Assembly: GCF_036321535.1 (NCBI RefSeq)
Contig: NC_087443.1
Location: 3,038,001-3,102,000, forward strand
Length of the DNA: 64,000 bases
Direction of reading: 5' to 3'
Origin: Camelus dromedarius
Taxonomy: Eukaryota
A program made the translations under genes and the position numbers. The notes beneath the pieces are model-generated. The model saw only the letters and a list, made by a program, of their open reading frames with translations, had not been told where the DNA came from and ran no database searches. How positions within the stretch are numbered: the first letter of the stretch is position 1; each line of letters begins with the position of its first letter. Positions 1-13,379 of this stretch are shown here, one piece after another.

Positions 1-277
1 AAAAATCAATTTTATAAACATACCTAATTAGCACCAGGCAATCAAGATACATTATTTTCATTCATCTACCGAGAAACATTGATTATTCCTACTCGGATCT
101 CTTTGAGACTATTAATGATTATTAACCTGATCAAAAACATTTAAAACTCCTTTCCGTCTGAAGTAGAGAAGGGTGGACCATTGCCAAGAGACCAGAGCCA
201 GTTGTTTCCCCTTTGGTGTTATTGCCAGTCTTGTTCTGGTCACACGTCTCGGCTTCTTGTTCTCTGTCACCCTGCAG

Positions 278-508
278 ACGTACTTTGGGATGGACGTCTC
301 TGCGGTGGAAGATCCAGTTCAGAGACGTGCGCTGGAAACCATGATCAAAACCTACGGCCAGACCCCTCGTCAGCTGTTCCAGTCGGCACACGCCAGCAGG
401 CCTGGGTCCAGGCTCAGCATCGAAGGAGAGCTCCCTGCTGCCGTGGGGCTGTTAGTGCAGTTCGCGTTCAGGGAAACCAAAGAACAGGTCAAGGAGGTCA
501 CCTATCCG
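278..508 (+). CDS. LYST: LYST coding exon (human exon 45 equivalent), end of BEACH domain
   Basis: cctgcAG acceptor at 276-277 and CCG|GTATGT donor at 509. 231 nt, phase 0/0. Translates [34 protein letters not shown]...EVTYP, the LYST BEACH C-terminus. Confidence 0.98.
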
Positions 509-1789
509 GTATGTCGCTTGGATTTCAGTAGAGTTCAGCAAAAGCTGGTGCAGCTCCCAGTATGTCAGTCCCGCCCCCAGGCTCTCGGGGCCAGGCAGTG
601 AGCAGCGTGGTCCCAGCCCAAAGGGATGCGCAGCCCGTGAACACGGACACGCCCTTGAGCTGCGATGGTGTGTGTCGTAAATGCTGCCTCAGTGACGTGA
701 GGGAGGGTGCTTTGGGAGCTCGGGTCAGAGTGCCAGCTCCCTGAGGGTGGTTACGGGAAAGCCTCACGAGGCAGGGACACGCAGGGGCTGCAGATGAGAG
801 GGAGGAGCCGTCCCGGACTGGAGAGCAGTCAGCGTGGGTGAGCCAGTGCAGACAGGCCTCGCCTGCGCCCGCTGTTGCCTGCCACCAGAAGTCCCAACCA
901 GCTGAGTAAATGTTCTGGTTTACAATTCAGGGGGACTCTTACACATTTTTTGGCCCCGCTAGATTGTAATGATAAAAAGTATTGCCTCTTAAAATAGAAG
1001 TAGGTATAATGTTTACTCTGAAAATGAAAAATGAAGCAAGCAAACCTTCAGAATAAAATGAATTCTAATCCTCAACTAAATTCTTCATTATCAAGGCAGC
1101 ATAAGATTGGAGCCTGTGACTTGTAAAGTGTTATAAGGGTTTGCAGAGGGGTTGGCAGAACATGAAAAGAAAGGGGAGAGAGGTTGTGAAGGAGCCTGGA
1201 GGTGAAGACCAGCGCAGACCTGAGGCTGCGCTCATCCGTGACCCACCGTAAGAGAAGACAGTTTCACAGCCTTGTCCTGACCGTCCTTTCTTACAGTGGT
1301 GTTACTTAAGTACACTAAACGTCACACACAAACAGAACACCTGGTGTAAACTCTTTCTGGTCAGAGCTCACACATATCAGATTTACCTGTTAAATACAAA
1401 CAAAACTTACAGAACCAGTAAAACTGAATTTAAGAGATCATAATGACAGACAGTGTTGAACCCATTCACCAACGTTGTGTTTCATAGTTGAAAGCTATAG
1501 TTTTTTGTTTTGTGTTTTCTTGTCAATTTAACTGTTACGGTTTTGAAGCCTTATAAGTCATTTTAGTCAAGATCATTACCGGGGTCATCATTTTTCACTA
1601 GAATCTATTTTAACATGTCAAAATAATGTAATAGTACATCCCTGAAAAGTCACAAGTGCTGTCTCATTCGCTGCTGCTACACAGCTGACTTAACACTGCG
1701 AATGTGCAGGGTCTGGGCAGCGTGTCTGTGCAGCGCAGTGGGAACCTGGGACCCGCCCCGCTCCCCCCAGGCCTGCGTGTAGACCACTG

Positions 1790-2070
1790 CCTCCACCAGG
1801 AAGGCCCATCCCCAGACATAGCCCTGGTTTGCTCTCTCATTTCATCCCAGTGTCTGCCCAGACACCATCTCAGAGAGGCTTCCCTGACCCCACCTCTAAA
1901 ACAGCAGCTTTGTCACTCTCTTCCTTCACCACCTGACATCTTGGATGCATGTTTGTTTGTTTATTTGTCTGCCCCTCCCCAGATAGCCGCAACGCCATGG
2001 GGCATGGCACCTTGTCTCATTCTTCACTGTGTCCAGTAACCAGGACACGTATCTCCATACGCTGAGCACG
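1790..2070 (+). mobile_element. L2 LINE 3' fragment
   Basis: Motifs typical of the L2a 3' end (ctcagagaggcttccctgacc...; ttgtctcattcttcactgtgtcc). Recognised from memory. Confidence 0.6.
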
Positions 2071-2221
2071 AGGGAAGCAAAAAATTATACAACAATTCTC
2101 CACAAAGGGCTTATAATCAAGCTGCTTTCTCTTTGTTTAGAATTAAGTTAGTAGTTAATTAGTTAATTAGTTCTATATTTACTGTTTTTTTAATTGTACT
2201 TTTTACTTTCTTTATTTTCAG

Positions 2222-2411
2222 AGTCCTCTGTCATGGATAAAAGGCTTGAAATGGGGGGAGTACGTTGGCTCCCCAAGTGCTCCGGTGCCCGTGGTCTGCT
2301 TCAGCCAGCCCCACGGGGAGAGATTTGGGTTTCTCCAGGCCCTGCCCACTAGAGCAATCTGTGGTTTGTCACGCAACTTCTGTCTTCTGATGACGTACAG
2401 TAAAGAACAAG
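2222..2411 (+). CDS. LYST: LYST coding exon (46 equivalent)
   Basis: ttttcAG acceptor and AAG|GTAAAA donor. 190 nt: [35 protein letters not shown]...LMTYSKEQG. Confidence 0.97.
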
Positions 2412-3548
2412 GTAAAACACAATGACAGTCATTCTGGGTGTATCCATCTTTCATGAGATTTCAGTGTTTTCCCTCATCTCTGCTGCTGTTTTGTCCCAGG
2501 CCCTCCTCACGTTTCTAAGTGTCCCCCACACACTGGGAGGCCAGCCACGTTTTCCTTTCCAGCAATACCTTTTGAGTTAACCATGTCACTAAATGCAAAA
2601 GAACCCTCCCTGCTTACCAGGCACAGGCTTCGGGCGCCGAAATGACTGAGTAGGGGCCCCCGTCTGCTGCAGCCAGCTGTGTGCCAGCGAGGGGACCAGA
2701 CGCCTCTGGGCGGTCCACCCTGGTGCAGCTTCATACCATGCCCTGTGTGCTGTGCTCCTCGGCCCCCGCGGCCTCCCGCTGCAGGGAGCGCCCCAGTGCA
2801 GGGGTGCCCGACCCGTGCCAGCAGGAACGCTGCGTGCCGGCCGGCTGTGGCAGACTCACTCTTGGTTCTGTCGTGAAATGAGTGCTTTCCTTTATAGTTG
2901 TTAGCAGGAAAAGAGGCTGCATACTGTTTTGTCTAAGTTCAGTGAACTAGCAAAGTAAGGTAAAGGTGTTTAATCACAGCTGTGGCATCAGTGGTTTATC
3001 CTCACTGGTATGTTGCCGTTGGCTGTAAGGTGTGTCACAAGTTACTGCTTACAATACGTAACGTACCCCAAGTGTGAGTAACTTACCTGTAAAAAAATTA
3101 GAGTGGATTGAAGTTTATTTCTATGGAGCAGAAGAGAAAAGGCTGGTGTTACCACTTAGCGTGAGGGACTCACCTGTGTTGGATGTGACGCCAGCCTGCC
3201 TCGTTGCCCACGACAGCCCGCGCCCGCAGCGGCCCGCAGCAGCTGTGCTCGCTTAGCTCGCCCTTTGCCTCCTCGCAGAGCGCGCTTGGGGCTCGTCAGA
3301 GTCTGGGTGTGTCCAGGAAGCGGACGGAGGCACGCTAGTGCCACGGCCTGAACTTCACCCGTAGGGTCCCGTTGGCGTTACAGGAACTAAACTCCCATAA
3401 ACCGGCCCCGCTCGTGGGTGTAGAGATGGTCTTGCGCTGGAACGGCCGCGCTCTGCTTTGTAAACTCCAGCCTCCGAGCTGCCGCGGGGCTGGGCTGTCC
3501 AGCAGTAACTAAGCAGCGGGCATCGGTGCTTTTGTTTCCCTTGCTGAG

Positions 3549-3685
3549 GTGTGAGAAGCATGAACAGCACTGACATTCAGTGGTCGGCCATCCTGAGCTG
3601 GGGCTACGCCGACAACATTCTGCGGCTGAAGAGCAAGCAGAGCGAGCCTCCAGTAAGCTTCATCCAGGGCTCGCGGCAGTATCAG
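3549..3685 (+). CDS. LYST: LYST coding exon (47 equivalent)
   Basis: ttgctgAG acceptor and CAG|GTGAGC donor. 137 nt: (G)[45 protein letters not shown]. Phases fit both neighbouring exons. Confidence 0.96.
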
Positions 3686-6296
3686 GTGAGCGGCTCTATG
3701 ACGTGCTTTCTGACCGTAATTAAACATGACGCCTAAGGGCTCAGACCAATAGCAGCCCGTCTCCCCTGTCCCGCAGCCGGCCCGGTCACGAGGCTGGGCG
3801 TACGCCTTGTCTGCGGGGCTCTCAGACTTCCTAGCTCCCGCCCTTCTGCCTGTGTCCCCAGGATCCGGGCCCGCCCAGCATCGCACTGAGACAGCGCTGG
3901 TGCTTCCCACCCAGCGCCGGCTGGGGGCCCGGTGCTGGGACACGTCAGTGTTGCTGTCTTCTCAGCGTCCACTTGCCTTCTGTCCCCGTGTCATTTTCAG
4001 TGCCCAGAGTGCCACCTTCCACACCTGGTTTTGCCTAAATGGACCAGGTATTTGGACATCCTGACTAAAGCCCTGTGATCTGTGGTCTGTTGTTCACTGG
4101 GTCACCTTTGGCAAGTGACTTAACCTTTCCTGACCTGAGCTGCTTGCCTCCTCTGGGAAACTGGGCCAGTCATCCTGCCACTGCGTGCTCATACAGGTGC
4201 TGTAAAAGTGCCTCCAGTGCTTGTGAAGGTGCTCTGCAAACTGTAAAACACTGGACACACATGCACACACACGCACTGCTGCCACAGCTTTTCCCGGTAC
4301 TAAACTGTGTGTTAAACCTTCTCTCTTTGCCCTTCTTTCCACGGGAAGTTCTGCTGCCATTTCTGACGTCTGTTACCTGCCTTAACACCCGGTGCCTGTT
4401 CACACTCCTGACACTCGTCACCATTCCCTGAGCACTCTGGAGCTGGAGGCAGCTACTTTGGGGCCTTCTTGGTAGTGAAAGAAAGGAGAGTAGTGACTGT
4501 TTGCTTAACCTTCAGTAAGGGTCATCGCCTTGTGTTATCTGACCTAACAGTAAACTCACAAAAGTAAAAATAAAGGATGGTGAAAAGCAACCGTATTAGA
4601 AATTTTAATGAAAATTTAAGCACTGCACATTTTTTCTGTCATGTAAAGTTGGTCACAGAAACATCGTTAAAGATGAAAATGTACCGCCATCAGTTGTTTA
4701 GCAAAACAGATCCAGATTTTTAGCAAACACTGCGTGATAATCCGACTGCTCTCGTGACTGCCAAGCATGTGCCTGTCAGCCTTCTTCTCTTTCCTGTTTC
4801 CCCTGGAAAATGAAAAGTTCTGAACCCCCCGCTGTGCCCAGTGGCAGCTGAGAGCAGACCACAGACACGATGTCTCCAGTCTTCTCCTACACTTTCTCGG
4901 AAGATGACAGCATTCCTTCCACAGTGCAGAGAGGAAGCCAGAGATGACGGTTTATTTCACGCTACCTTGTCCTCCTGGGAGACCCGTCATTCTTCCGTTT
5001 TCTTATTTTGTCTGTTTTGCTTTAGCACAGCTGGGATAGTTGAAGAGTAGTGATGAAGTAATTCCTAGAAAGACGAAATAGCAGAACGTTTCAAAATAGA
5101 GAAAAAATGAGACGTTAAAATCCTGTGCTGTAACTTAGGTTTCTAAGAGTTCAGTAGTCCCACATAGTGGTTGCAGGACAGAATGAGTTTTATTCTGTAT
5201 ATTTTTAAAAGTACATTTTCTTCTTGTTCTTTGGAAGACCTTTAAGAAAGGATAAAAATTATGAAACATCAATCTTTACAAATAATTAAAACCATTCAAG
5301 AAAGAAACTCTAAAAAAAATTGGATCCATTGGACTCTGATGATCTATTGAGAGATAAGAGGAGTCAGGATCAAAGACATTCATTTTTCAAGGTGGCAGAC
5401 GCTTGAACACATTTGTAGGGCCAGGAGGGGAGAAGCCAGCAAAAGACAGTTTGCAGTTCTGAGAGAGACGTGGCAGTCGTTCTGAGAAACACTGGGAGCG
5501 GGGGGCAGGGGCGCTGGCCTTAAAGACAGAGGGCCTTCTCCTCTAAATCGGGAGACCACAAGAGACAGTCTGAGGCACAGAGAAGGGGTAGGGTGAGGTC
5601 TGTGGCTGACGACCAGCGTCCTCTTGGTGGATTGAGGTGTGTGGGTGTTGCTGACCCCACCAGGAGAGGTGGGGCTGGAAGGGGCCATGGGAGCAGAGCA
5701 GGTGGGGGCAGCTGCCGCGGGCGTGGTGCTGGGGGTCAGCCAGCGCTGAGGAGGACTGTCAGGTCAGGCAGAGGGTCTGGCTGACCGTGACAAGTGTCTC
5801 CACGGTTGGGGCTGAGGGGTTATAATCCCAGATTCTGTTCTCTGCGTTTGTCTTTCCTCCTCCTCCTGCTGAGTCATCTTTAGAGCTGTTAGAAGCAATA
5901 CGTCTATTTATAAGGACCCTGTTTCCCCACAGAAACAGAGGACGAAAACAAGGAAATAGAAGTGTAAAAATCGGGTGAAATGCATCCCACACACACTCAG
6001 CCCTGCATCTGGCTGGTCCTGGACTGTTTTGTTTAAATTTCTGGGGAAGAAGTGGCCGTGTGTGTGTATACGCAGGAAAATGTAAAATCACAGACAGTGC
6101 ATTATAATACATTTTAATGTGGGAGCAGCTTTTAGACATCTTAAAGTTACAGGATATTATTCTATCTTGCATCATTCTAATCACTTCAAAGGTTTACCTT
6201 AAATTTTGTGATCGTATATTTTTAAAATAATAGAAAAACTTGTAGCATTTCTCATGCTTTTTAAACACAATAATCTTTGGTTTGTCCTTGTTCAAG

Positions 6297-6395
6297 GTGA
6301 CTAGTTGTGCGTGGGTGCCTGACAGTTGCCAGCTGTTTACCGGGAGCAAGTGTGGCGTCATCACAGCCTACACCAACAGGTTTACCAGTGGCACG
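6297..6395 (+). CDS. LYST: LYST coding exon (48 equivalent), WD40 region
   Basis: ttcaAG acceptor and ACG|GTAGGT donor. 99 nt: [33 protein letters not shown]. Confidence 0.97.
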
Positions 6396-7837
6396 GTAGG
6401 TCCTGGGCTTGTGTGGGGTTTCCATGTCGGTGAGGGGAAGAAATCCTTTATGAAGTATAATTTTTAAGTATAAGATTAACTTAAAGTTTTTGTACTTTAA
6501 TCTCTTCTCCACATAAGCTGTAAAATGTGAAAGATCACGTATTTACCTCGTCAGTTTTTGGTTGATTGGGATCACGAAAAATCTTGAGAATGACTGTAAC
6601 GGCCTTAGTGTCTGGTGTCAGGGACATAGTATTTTGAGTTTTCGTCCGTGTCGCGTTGGGCTTTTTGACGCCGTGTTGACGCATGCCGGCCTGTGTCCTC
6701 GGTGGCGGCCTGGATGCGCGGGAGCCTGTGAGGCTGGGAAGCGAGAGCGCGCCGCGCCGCACCCCGTGTCCCCGTGGTCTCTGGGTGAGTTCAGTGGCGG
6801 CAAAGTCCAAGTAGCTTGTCTTGATTTCTACCAATTACTGGAAGAAATTTTTTCGGCTATTCGCGGAATCTTTAGGATTTAAGAGTTAAATTGCTAAAAC
6901 AGCTCGGTGAAGAAGACAGTATGCAGCACTTGTAATTTGCTGCCGTTCCTTCCTCGAGCCAGCTGTCTGTGGCTGTGGATCCGTGGCGGGTCCAGGGTGG
7001 TCCCTCAGTGACGATCATTCAAGGCTGGAGCGTTCTCCGGGCTTTTTTTCATTAGGTTTTCTCCATTATTTTATGAAACACGTCTTACTGGGTGAGGCCT
7101 GCACACCTAGCATGGCTGATGCTAGCTCTTTACTTCTCTGTCCAAGTTTATTCCCTTTTAAGCCCTTGTTAGGTTCTTTGCCACAATCCTGGGGGTATAA
7201 ATGTGACCATAGCATTGTCTCTGTCACTTAGTCGAAGGAGCCATTAAAATGTTCTAAGCAGGGGTACTGTGCTCCCGTCAGCAATTGAAGGAGATCACTG
7301 CCGGCCAGGAGAAATGCTCGTGAGGGGTGGTGGCCGGAGGGCGGGGTGTGGCGGGGACGTGGGCCAGGCTGAGGGCCCTGGGTGGGCAGGACCATGAAGG
7401 GCGTGCTTTAGGGAGGGGTCACAGAGAACAGAAGAGGCGCCAGCCTATGTCAGGGAGCCTGGAAGGCGCACTTGAGCTGGATCTTAGAAGGTCAGTTTAC
7501 TAAGTGGAGAAAAGAGGAACGAGTGCTTCAGCAAAGCAAACCAACCCGGAATCAGAGGCTGGGACTTGGGGAGCGGCAGGTGCTTAGAGTGCAACGTGCT
7601 GGGGAGGGTGGCAGGGCAGCGGGCTGAGTGCGGTTCTCAGACGCACACGACACTGAGAAGAACGCTCGAGGTCTGAGCGGAGAAGTGCCTTAACCTTGGA
7701 ACGTCTCCCGTTTCCTCCTTTTAACTCCCAACGGCCTGAAGTGGATGTTAATTTTATAACGTCTCTCATATTAACTGCTGCCACCACCTTTCACCTTTTG
7801 AGCTCACCCTTCTGTTTCCTCTTTCCTACAAATGTAT

Positions 7838-8080
7838 TCTTTTTTTAATTTTGTTTTACTGAAGTATAGTTGATTTACAATGTTGTGTTAGTTTCTGGTG
7901 TACAGCATAGTGATCCAGTGATACACATATACATTCTTTTTCATATTCTTTTTCATTGTAGGCTATTACAGGCTATTGAATATAGTTCCTTATGCTAAAC
8001 AGTAGAATCTTGTTTATTTTGTATACAGTAGTGTGTATCTGCTAATCCTGAACTCCCAGTTTATCCCTCCCCCTTCCCCA
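7838..8080 (-). mobile_element. 5'-truncated L1 3' end (artiodactyl-type)
   Basis: T-rich tail then gaagtatagttgatttacaatgttgtgttagtttctggtgtacagc, shared with eight other copies in the window. Confidence 0.85.
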
Positions 8081-8924
8081 GCAAGTGCATTCTCATCACT
8101 TGTGCTCAGCACGTGTCCCCTCATGTGTGCAGGTCACGCTGCACCACGTCATGGCTTTGAAATAGCAGATCGGGATAGTGACTGTCGTTTGAACGCAGTA
8201 AGACATAGGCTTCTTTTACTTTGAAGTTACTGGAGGCTTGTGAAGCCTTATGTCACTTACCTTTCCTCAATTATCTATTTGGCTGAAAGTAGATTTTTCA
8301 GTTTATTTATAAGAGTGCTCTTTTTCTCCTAAGTATTAATACCACTGGGTCATCAGGTCATGAGGTGAACAGTTGCTATTTAAACTGTGTCCAAAAGTGC
8401 GTCCTGGCTGTGTGGCTCTGTCCTTGTGTGGTCCGAGGGAGGCTCACCTGGTCTTTGTAGATGTCGCTGCTGCTTTCTCTTGGGGACCATCTCATCACCT
8501 GGGGGCCTCTGAAGCTGCAGGTGTGACCCTGTGCCTGTGGGGTCAGCAGCAAGCGCCTCACGTTCGCAGGACTCCACTCTCCCAACGCACTGAGAGCCGT
8601 GCTTCTGAAGTGTCTGTGCTCTCACCGTGCTGGTCTCAGCTCCCAAGTGCCAGGCAGGATATGACCAAAATGATTGCTGCTTGAAAATACTTCCGAGGAG
8701 GGCTTATGAAATACCTCCCAGAGCTAGTGAAGTGCACCTCATTTGGGGCATCGTGTGTTCCTGTTGAGTCTCCCACGTTAGTCTTCTAAAATGCATTCTA
8801 CAAACGGAATGTGAGTGAGTTGACAAGTTACAAGGAATCGTTATCTGTAAGCCATTTATGTGTTGGAGAATAACATCTTCTAAAAGGGGTAACTGATTTT
8901 AAAATAGTCGATCTTACTAACTAC

Positions 8925-9100
8925 TGTGTATCAAACACATAAGCAACAAGGTCCTACCGCACAGCACAGGGAGCTGCATTCAACACCGTGTAACGGCCTA
9001 TAATGAGACCAGTATATGTACGTGTGTATAACTGAATCACTGTGCTGCACACCGGAAGTTAACACAGCATTGTAAATCAACTGAATTTCAATAAGAAACA
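8925..9100 (+). mobile_element. L1 3' end fragment, GC-shifted copy
   Basis: Aligns without gaps to the sibling at 60215-60276; ends ttgtaaatcaactgaatttcaataagaaa. Confidence 0.8.
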
Positions 9101-11646
9101 GTTGCTCTTGAGTCATTTCTTCACTAATTGAATAGTGTGGCCACATCACCTTCATACCCATGAACACCTGTATTTCTGTTCTTTGTGCTGATGGTGGTGG
9201 GACAATATGTATGCAGCTTATCCAAGCTAGTATTACATCATTCAGGAACATCTTAAAAAAAACAGGCCAGCACAGACTCCAGTTCTGCCCACAGAGATTA
9301 TTGTTTGATCCATCAGGGAGTCATCCAGTAACACTAACGCTTGGGTCATTTTAAAGAGCACAATCTGTAAAATTTCAACAACCACTGTAGGTGCCTGTCC
9401 TGCGATCATCCCATAAGTATTATTCGTGGTCATGAAGTTAAAAAAATACACGTACACACACACACACATATATTTTTGTTTGTTTGTTTTTAAATAAACT
9501 GGGAGGGAGCTTTAGCCTTGATGGCATTTGCCAATCCTAGAATATTGACACTGCCCTTGGACAGCCTCTTGTGAGAGGAATGGAAAACAATACCAAGGGG
9601 ACAGAGCAAGCTGGGGGGTCCCAAGGAGGCCCTTCTCCAAAAGGCTTGTCCCCAAAGTGAGGTCCCCAAGAGTAGGGGTGCGTCAGACGGGACCAGCTCT
9701 TGCCTGGAACTGCAGCCTGGATTGGGATTCCCCAGGTGGTCAGGACCCTCAGGACCTGACCCTTGGGAAGGCGGCCCTAGACCAGGATGGTGCCCCAAGT
9801 CTCCCAGCAGAAACAGTCACGTGCATTCTATTCCACAAATAAAGGAATTCCGACAAATAATTTTTTAAATGCAATAACAAATACAATAAAACCAAGCACA
9901 CAAATTTACAGACAAGACAATGAATATGTGAAAAGTTAAACTTAGTTATAATAAGAGAAATGTAATTTAAAGCAACATGATTGCCATTTAAAACTTGGGA
10001 AATCTTCAAAGGTTTAGAATGAGAGTCGAGGCACAAACTCAAATGCTACAGGGTCCAAGCAGAGAAGGGAAGGGACTCAGGCCTCTTTGGGCAGGGAATT
10101 CCTGGGTCCCAGGGCTCCCTGAAGCATGGTCTGAACGAGTGCTTAGCCCACCCCACGGCCCTGTGGAGAGGGCCACAAAGAGCCAGAAGGGGCCCAGACC
10201 AGGACCCTTGCCCTGCTCAGAGCCATCCAGTTGCTGCGATTGTGTTCAGGTGAAGGTCACGTGCCCCAGCTAAACAGAAGCCACTGGCACACAGCTCAAG
10301 CCAGTTGTCGAAGGAAAACTGTGAGCCTGGTGTTGCCTGGTCATTTGAGTCTTTGAATATAAAATATGTATTTTTATGTGAATAAAACACTGACGTATAA
10401 GGCACTTAAAGTAAGATGCGCTGCAGCTAATAAGTCAGCGCTGATGTTTCAGAAACAACGGTAAACAAAAGGGCCAGATGCAGCAGGTCCCTGACGAGCA
10501 ATACCACATTTATGAGGTGTATCGACATGAAGAACAATGTAGCGCGTTGTCTGTTGTCGTAGTAATACGTGGTAGAACCTAAGTGCTGCATGCATGGGAA
10601 ACAAACGCAGATTCAGAGCAATAGTAGCTCTGACAAGGGAGGGGAAACAGGCTGTAAAACCGTACAAACTGTGATGTTTAACGTTTTCTTTATTTCAAAA
10701 AATAAGCTGATCGTATAACGTTAGGAGCAGTTTAACTGAGTGGTCAGGATGCAGCTTTTGGCTACACGTCTCCTTCCTACTGTTCTACATTCGCTGAAGT
10801 GAAGGACTGAAATACTTTATGACAATAAACGGCTACCTAATGAAAAGAAGGGTCAGACTGTGCATGGACATCTGGCCTCTGTGAGCCAGTGTGGACCTCG
10901 GGGCAGCAGCTTGCAGCCTGCGACCTAGAAGAGCACTGCTGCTGCGTGACGGGGAACACAGCGCCCTCGGCGGCGCCCCGCATTGGCGCAGCGCCCTGAG
11001 CAGCGCACCGTCCAGAGCCACAAAAGTACTAAACTGACACAACATTGTAACCTGACTGCGCTACTCCATATACACAAAAAAAAGAACTACAAAGGTATTA
11101 ATGTTCACTGATCCACTAGTAGGATTCTGAAAGTTTGTTCTAAAGAAGTGGTTTAGAGGAGGAACAGACTTGTGTTCATGAAGGATTTACTGATGGTATC
11201 CAGTTTTGAAAAAATTCAGAACAATTTTAAATGCCTATCAATAAAGGATGCTCGAGTAAATTATGACATACTAACTATATAGAAAATTATGACACTTAAA
11301 AATCATCTTGAAGAATGGTTAGGAGTGGGAAACGCTTATGGGAGATTGTGTAAGATACAGAATAGAAAGTTGTTTGCATGGCAGTCACCACAGCTGTAGA
11401 AATACGTGTGTGTTTGGCCAGAGACTGGATAAGAACAGACAAAAATGAAAAGCATATTAGTTGATGAAATTATGGTCAATTAAAAAAAGGTTAATGTTTA
11501 ACTAGTTTTACTCTTTAGAAACCATTGAGCTTGGTTGAAAACCGATACTTTTGAGAAGAGTCACTTAGGTTGTTTTATGTTTGAGATACAATGTTAGGAC
11601 TCCTTTTGCTGTGGTTTTTGTCTTACAGTTAATTCTTTTATTTCAG

Positions 11647-11786
11647 CCCTCGGAGATAGAAATGGAGTCTCAGGTACATCTCTATGGGCACACAGAAGAG
11701 ATAACCAGCTTATGTGTGTGCAAGCCGTATAGTATAATGATAAGTGTAAGCAGAGATGGAACCTGCATCATATGGGACCTGAACAG
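11647..11786 (+). CDS. LYST: LYST coding exon (49 equivalent), WD40 repeat
   Basis: tttcAG acceptor and CAG|GTATGG donor. 140 nt: [46 protein letters not shown](R), with GH...WD motif. Confidence 0.97.
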
Positions 11787-12035
11787 GTATGGCCGCGCCC
11801 CGCCTTGGTGTTGCCTTGGTGTCGCCGTTCACACGCCAGACACAGAGGCACCAGCGTGATCGCTCTGCCTTGTAACAGCTTTAAGTGTGATATTCAGACT
11901 TCACCTTTATAAGCTTAATGAATTAAAAGATCAGTTAGGAATGTAGTCAGGAATTCCCTTTAAATAATAGGCACATATACACTGAGGAAAAAAATTATAC
12001 AAATAAGAGAATATAATTATATTTAATGATCATAT

Positions 12036-12526
12036 TGTTACCGAACTGAATCTTGGGTCCGCTCGCCCACTCACAGTAAAACCAATCTACTGACACAGGG
12101 TTGTGGTGAAGCAAAGTGCAGCGTTTATTTCAGGAGCCAAGCAAGGAGTCCAGGACAGCTAGTGCACAAAGTCCTGAACTCCCCGATCGATCGGTGTCCG
12201 CAAAGCGTTTTTAAAGGCCAGGTGAGGGAGGGGGGTCAGGGTGTGTGATCAGCTCGTGCACAGTCCTCTGGTTGGGGGATGGTGAGGTCACAGGGCGGGG
12301 GCATGGGTTCACGCCATCAATCCTTAGGCTCCAGGAGGTCTGGGGGCTACAAGCTCATGGTCATCAGCTAGTTAATTTCTCCCTTTCGGTGGGGATTTCG
12401 CATCTGTAAGACAGCTCAGGAATGTGCCTCAGACACTGTCATCTAGGAACTTCAGAGACAGCTAGGGCAGAGGATACGAGGGAGGGGTCTGCCCCAGGAA
12501 GGCCCACGGGGTCCTGCTCCGTAGCG
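12036..12526 (-). mobile_element. Solo ERV1-type LTR
   Basis: The minus strand ends ...gttcggtaaca and contains AATAAA (tttatt at ~12124). Flanks atat/atac suggest a 4-bp TSD. The 3' end resembles the LTR ending at 23475. Confidence 0.75.
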
Positions 12527-12556
12527 ATACGCAGATTCATGTCCTTGGTCTTTCAG

Positions 12557-12654
12557 GTTGTGCTACGTACAAAGTCTGGCAGGACACAAAAGCCCCGTCA
12601 CTGCCGTCTCTGCCAGTGAAACCACAGGTGACATAGCCACCGTGTGTGACTCAG
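12557..12654 (+). CDS. LYST: LYST coding exon (50 equivalent), WD40 repeat
   Basis: tttcAG acceptor and CAG|GTGAGC donor. 98 nt: [32 protein letters not shown]. Confidence 0.97.
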
Positions 12655-13379
12655 GTGAGCAGGCCCCAAAACCGCAGCAGGGGGTGGTGGCGCTGGCAGT
12701 GCACTTGGCCTGCTGGTAAGCATCACAGGCTGAGCGTGGCGCTGCCTCGCTCGGACCCCGGCCAGACCTGAAGGCGTAGGTGGTAGCGCAAGTGTGTGTC
12801 CAAGTCCGGGAAGGCCGAGGGCTGAGCTCGTCAGCTTGGGTGTCGCCCTCTGCAAAAGTCGGCACTGTCGTAATGCAGCTCTTTTTCTGGTACATGTGAG
12901 ACTGCGTTCAAGCACATCAAAGTCACGGGAACTATTGCCACGTAATTATCTGGGTTTTCTTGGGTTTTGTTTTCCTGTCCTTCTTTGCTTCTGCTTTTTA
13001 AGTACTAGCTTTGCCACCTTCCTCCTGAGTAGATGACCAGCGTCAGCTGGGGATGGACTCTGAGTTTACGTCTCCTGGGTCCTGAGAGCGCAGCACAGGG
13101 CACCTAGCGGAGGCGTGATTTCCCTGCAGTCTACGTGGCAAAGACGTGTCTCCCAATCGAAGCTCTTGCTTTGGGGTTTTTGGTTTTTTTCGTTTATACA
13201 CATTAAAAAGCTTGATGCATCCAGCGGGAAAGAACAGTTGAAAAGTTCATGAATTTTCTGTTTTCACTTCTATTAATTGAAAGGATTCTCTGAAAACCTT
13301 TCTTTCTGCCCACTGAGTTCAGACTGTCTGTGACACGCCTACAGCTGCCGGTCTTCTGTCCTTTGCTTGCGTTTCTGTT

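Noticed and set aside
2330-2332. Apparent Ser>Phe (ERFGFLQ versus recalled human ERFGSLQ) and other LYST differences
   Set aside because: Relies on memory of the human protein; I cannot judge conservation or effect without an alignment.
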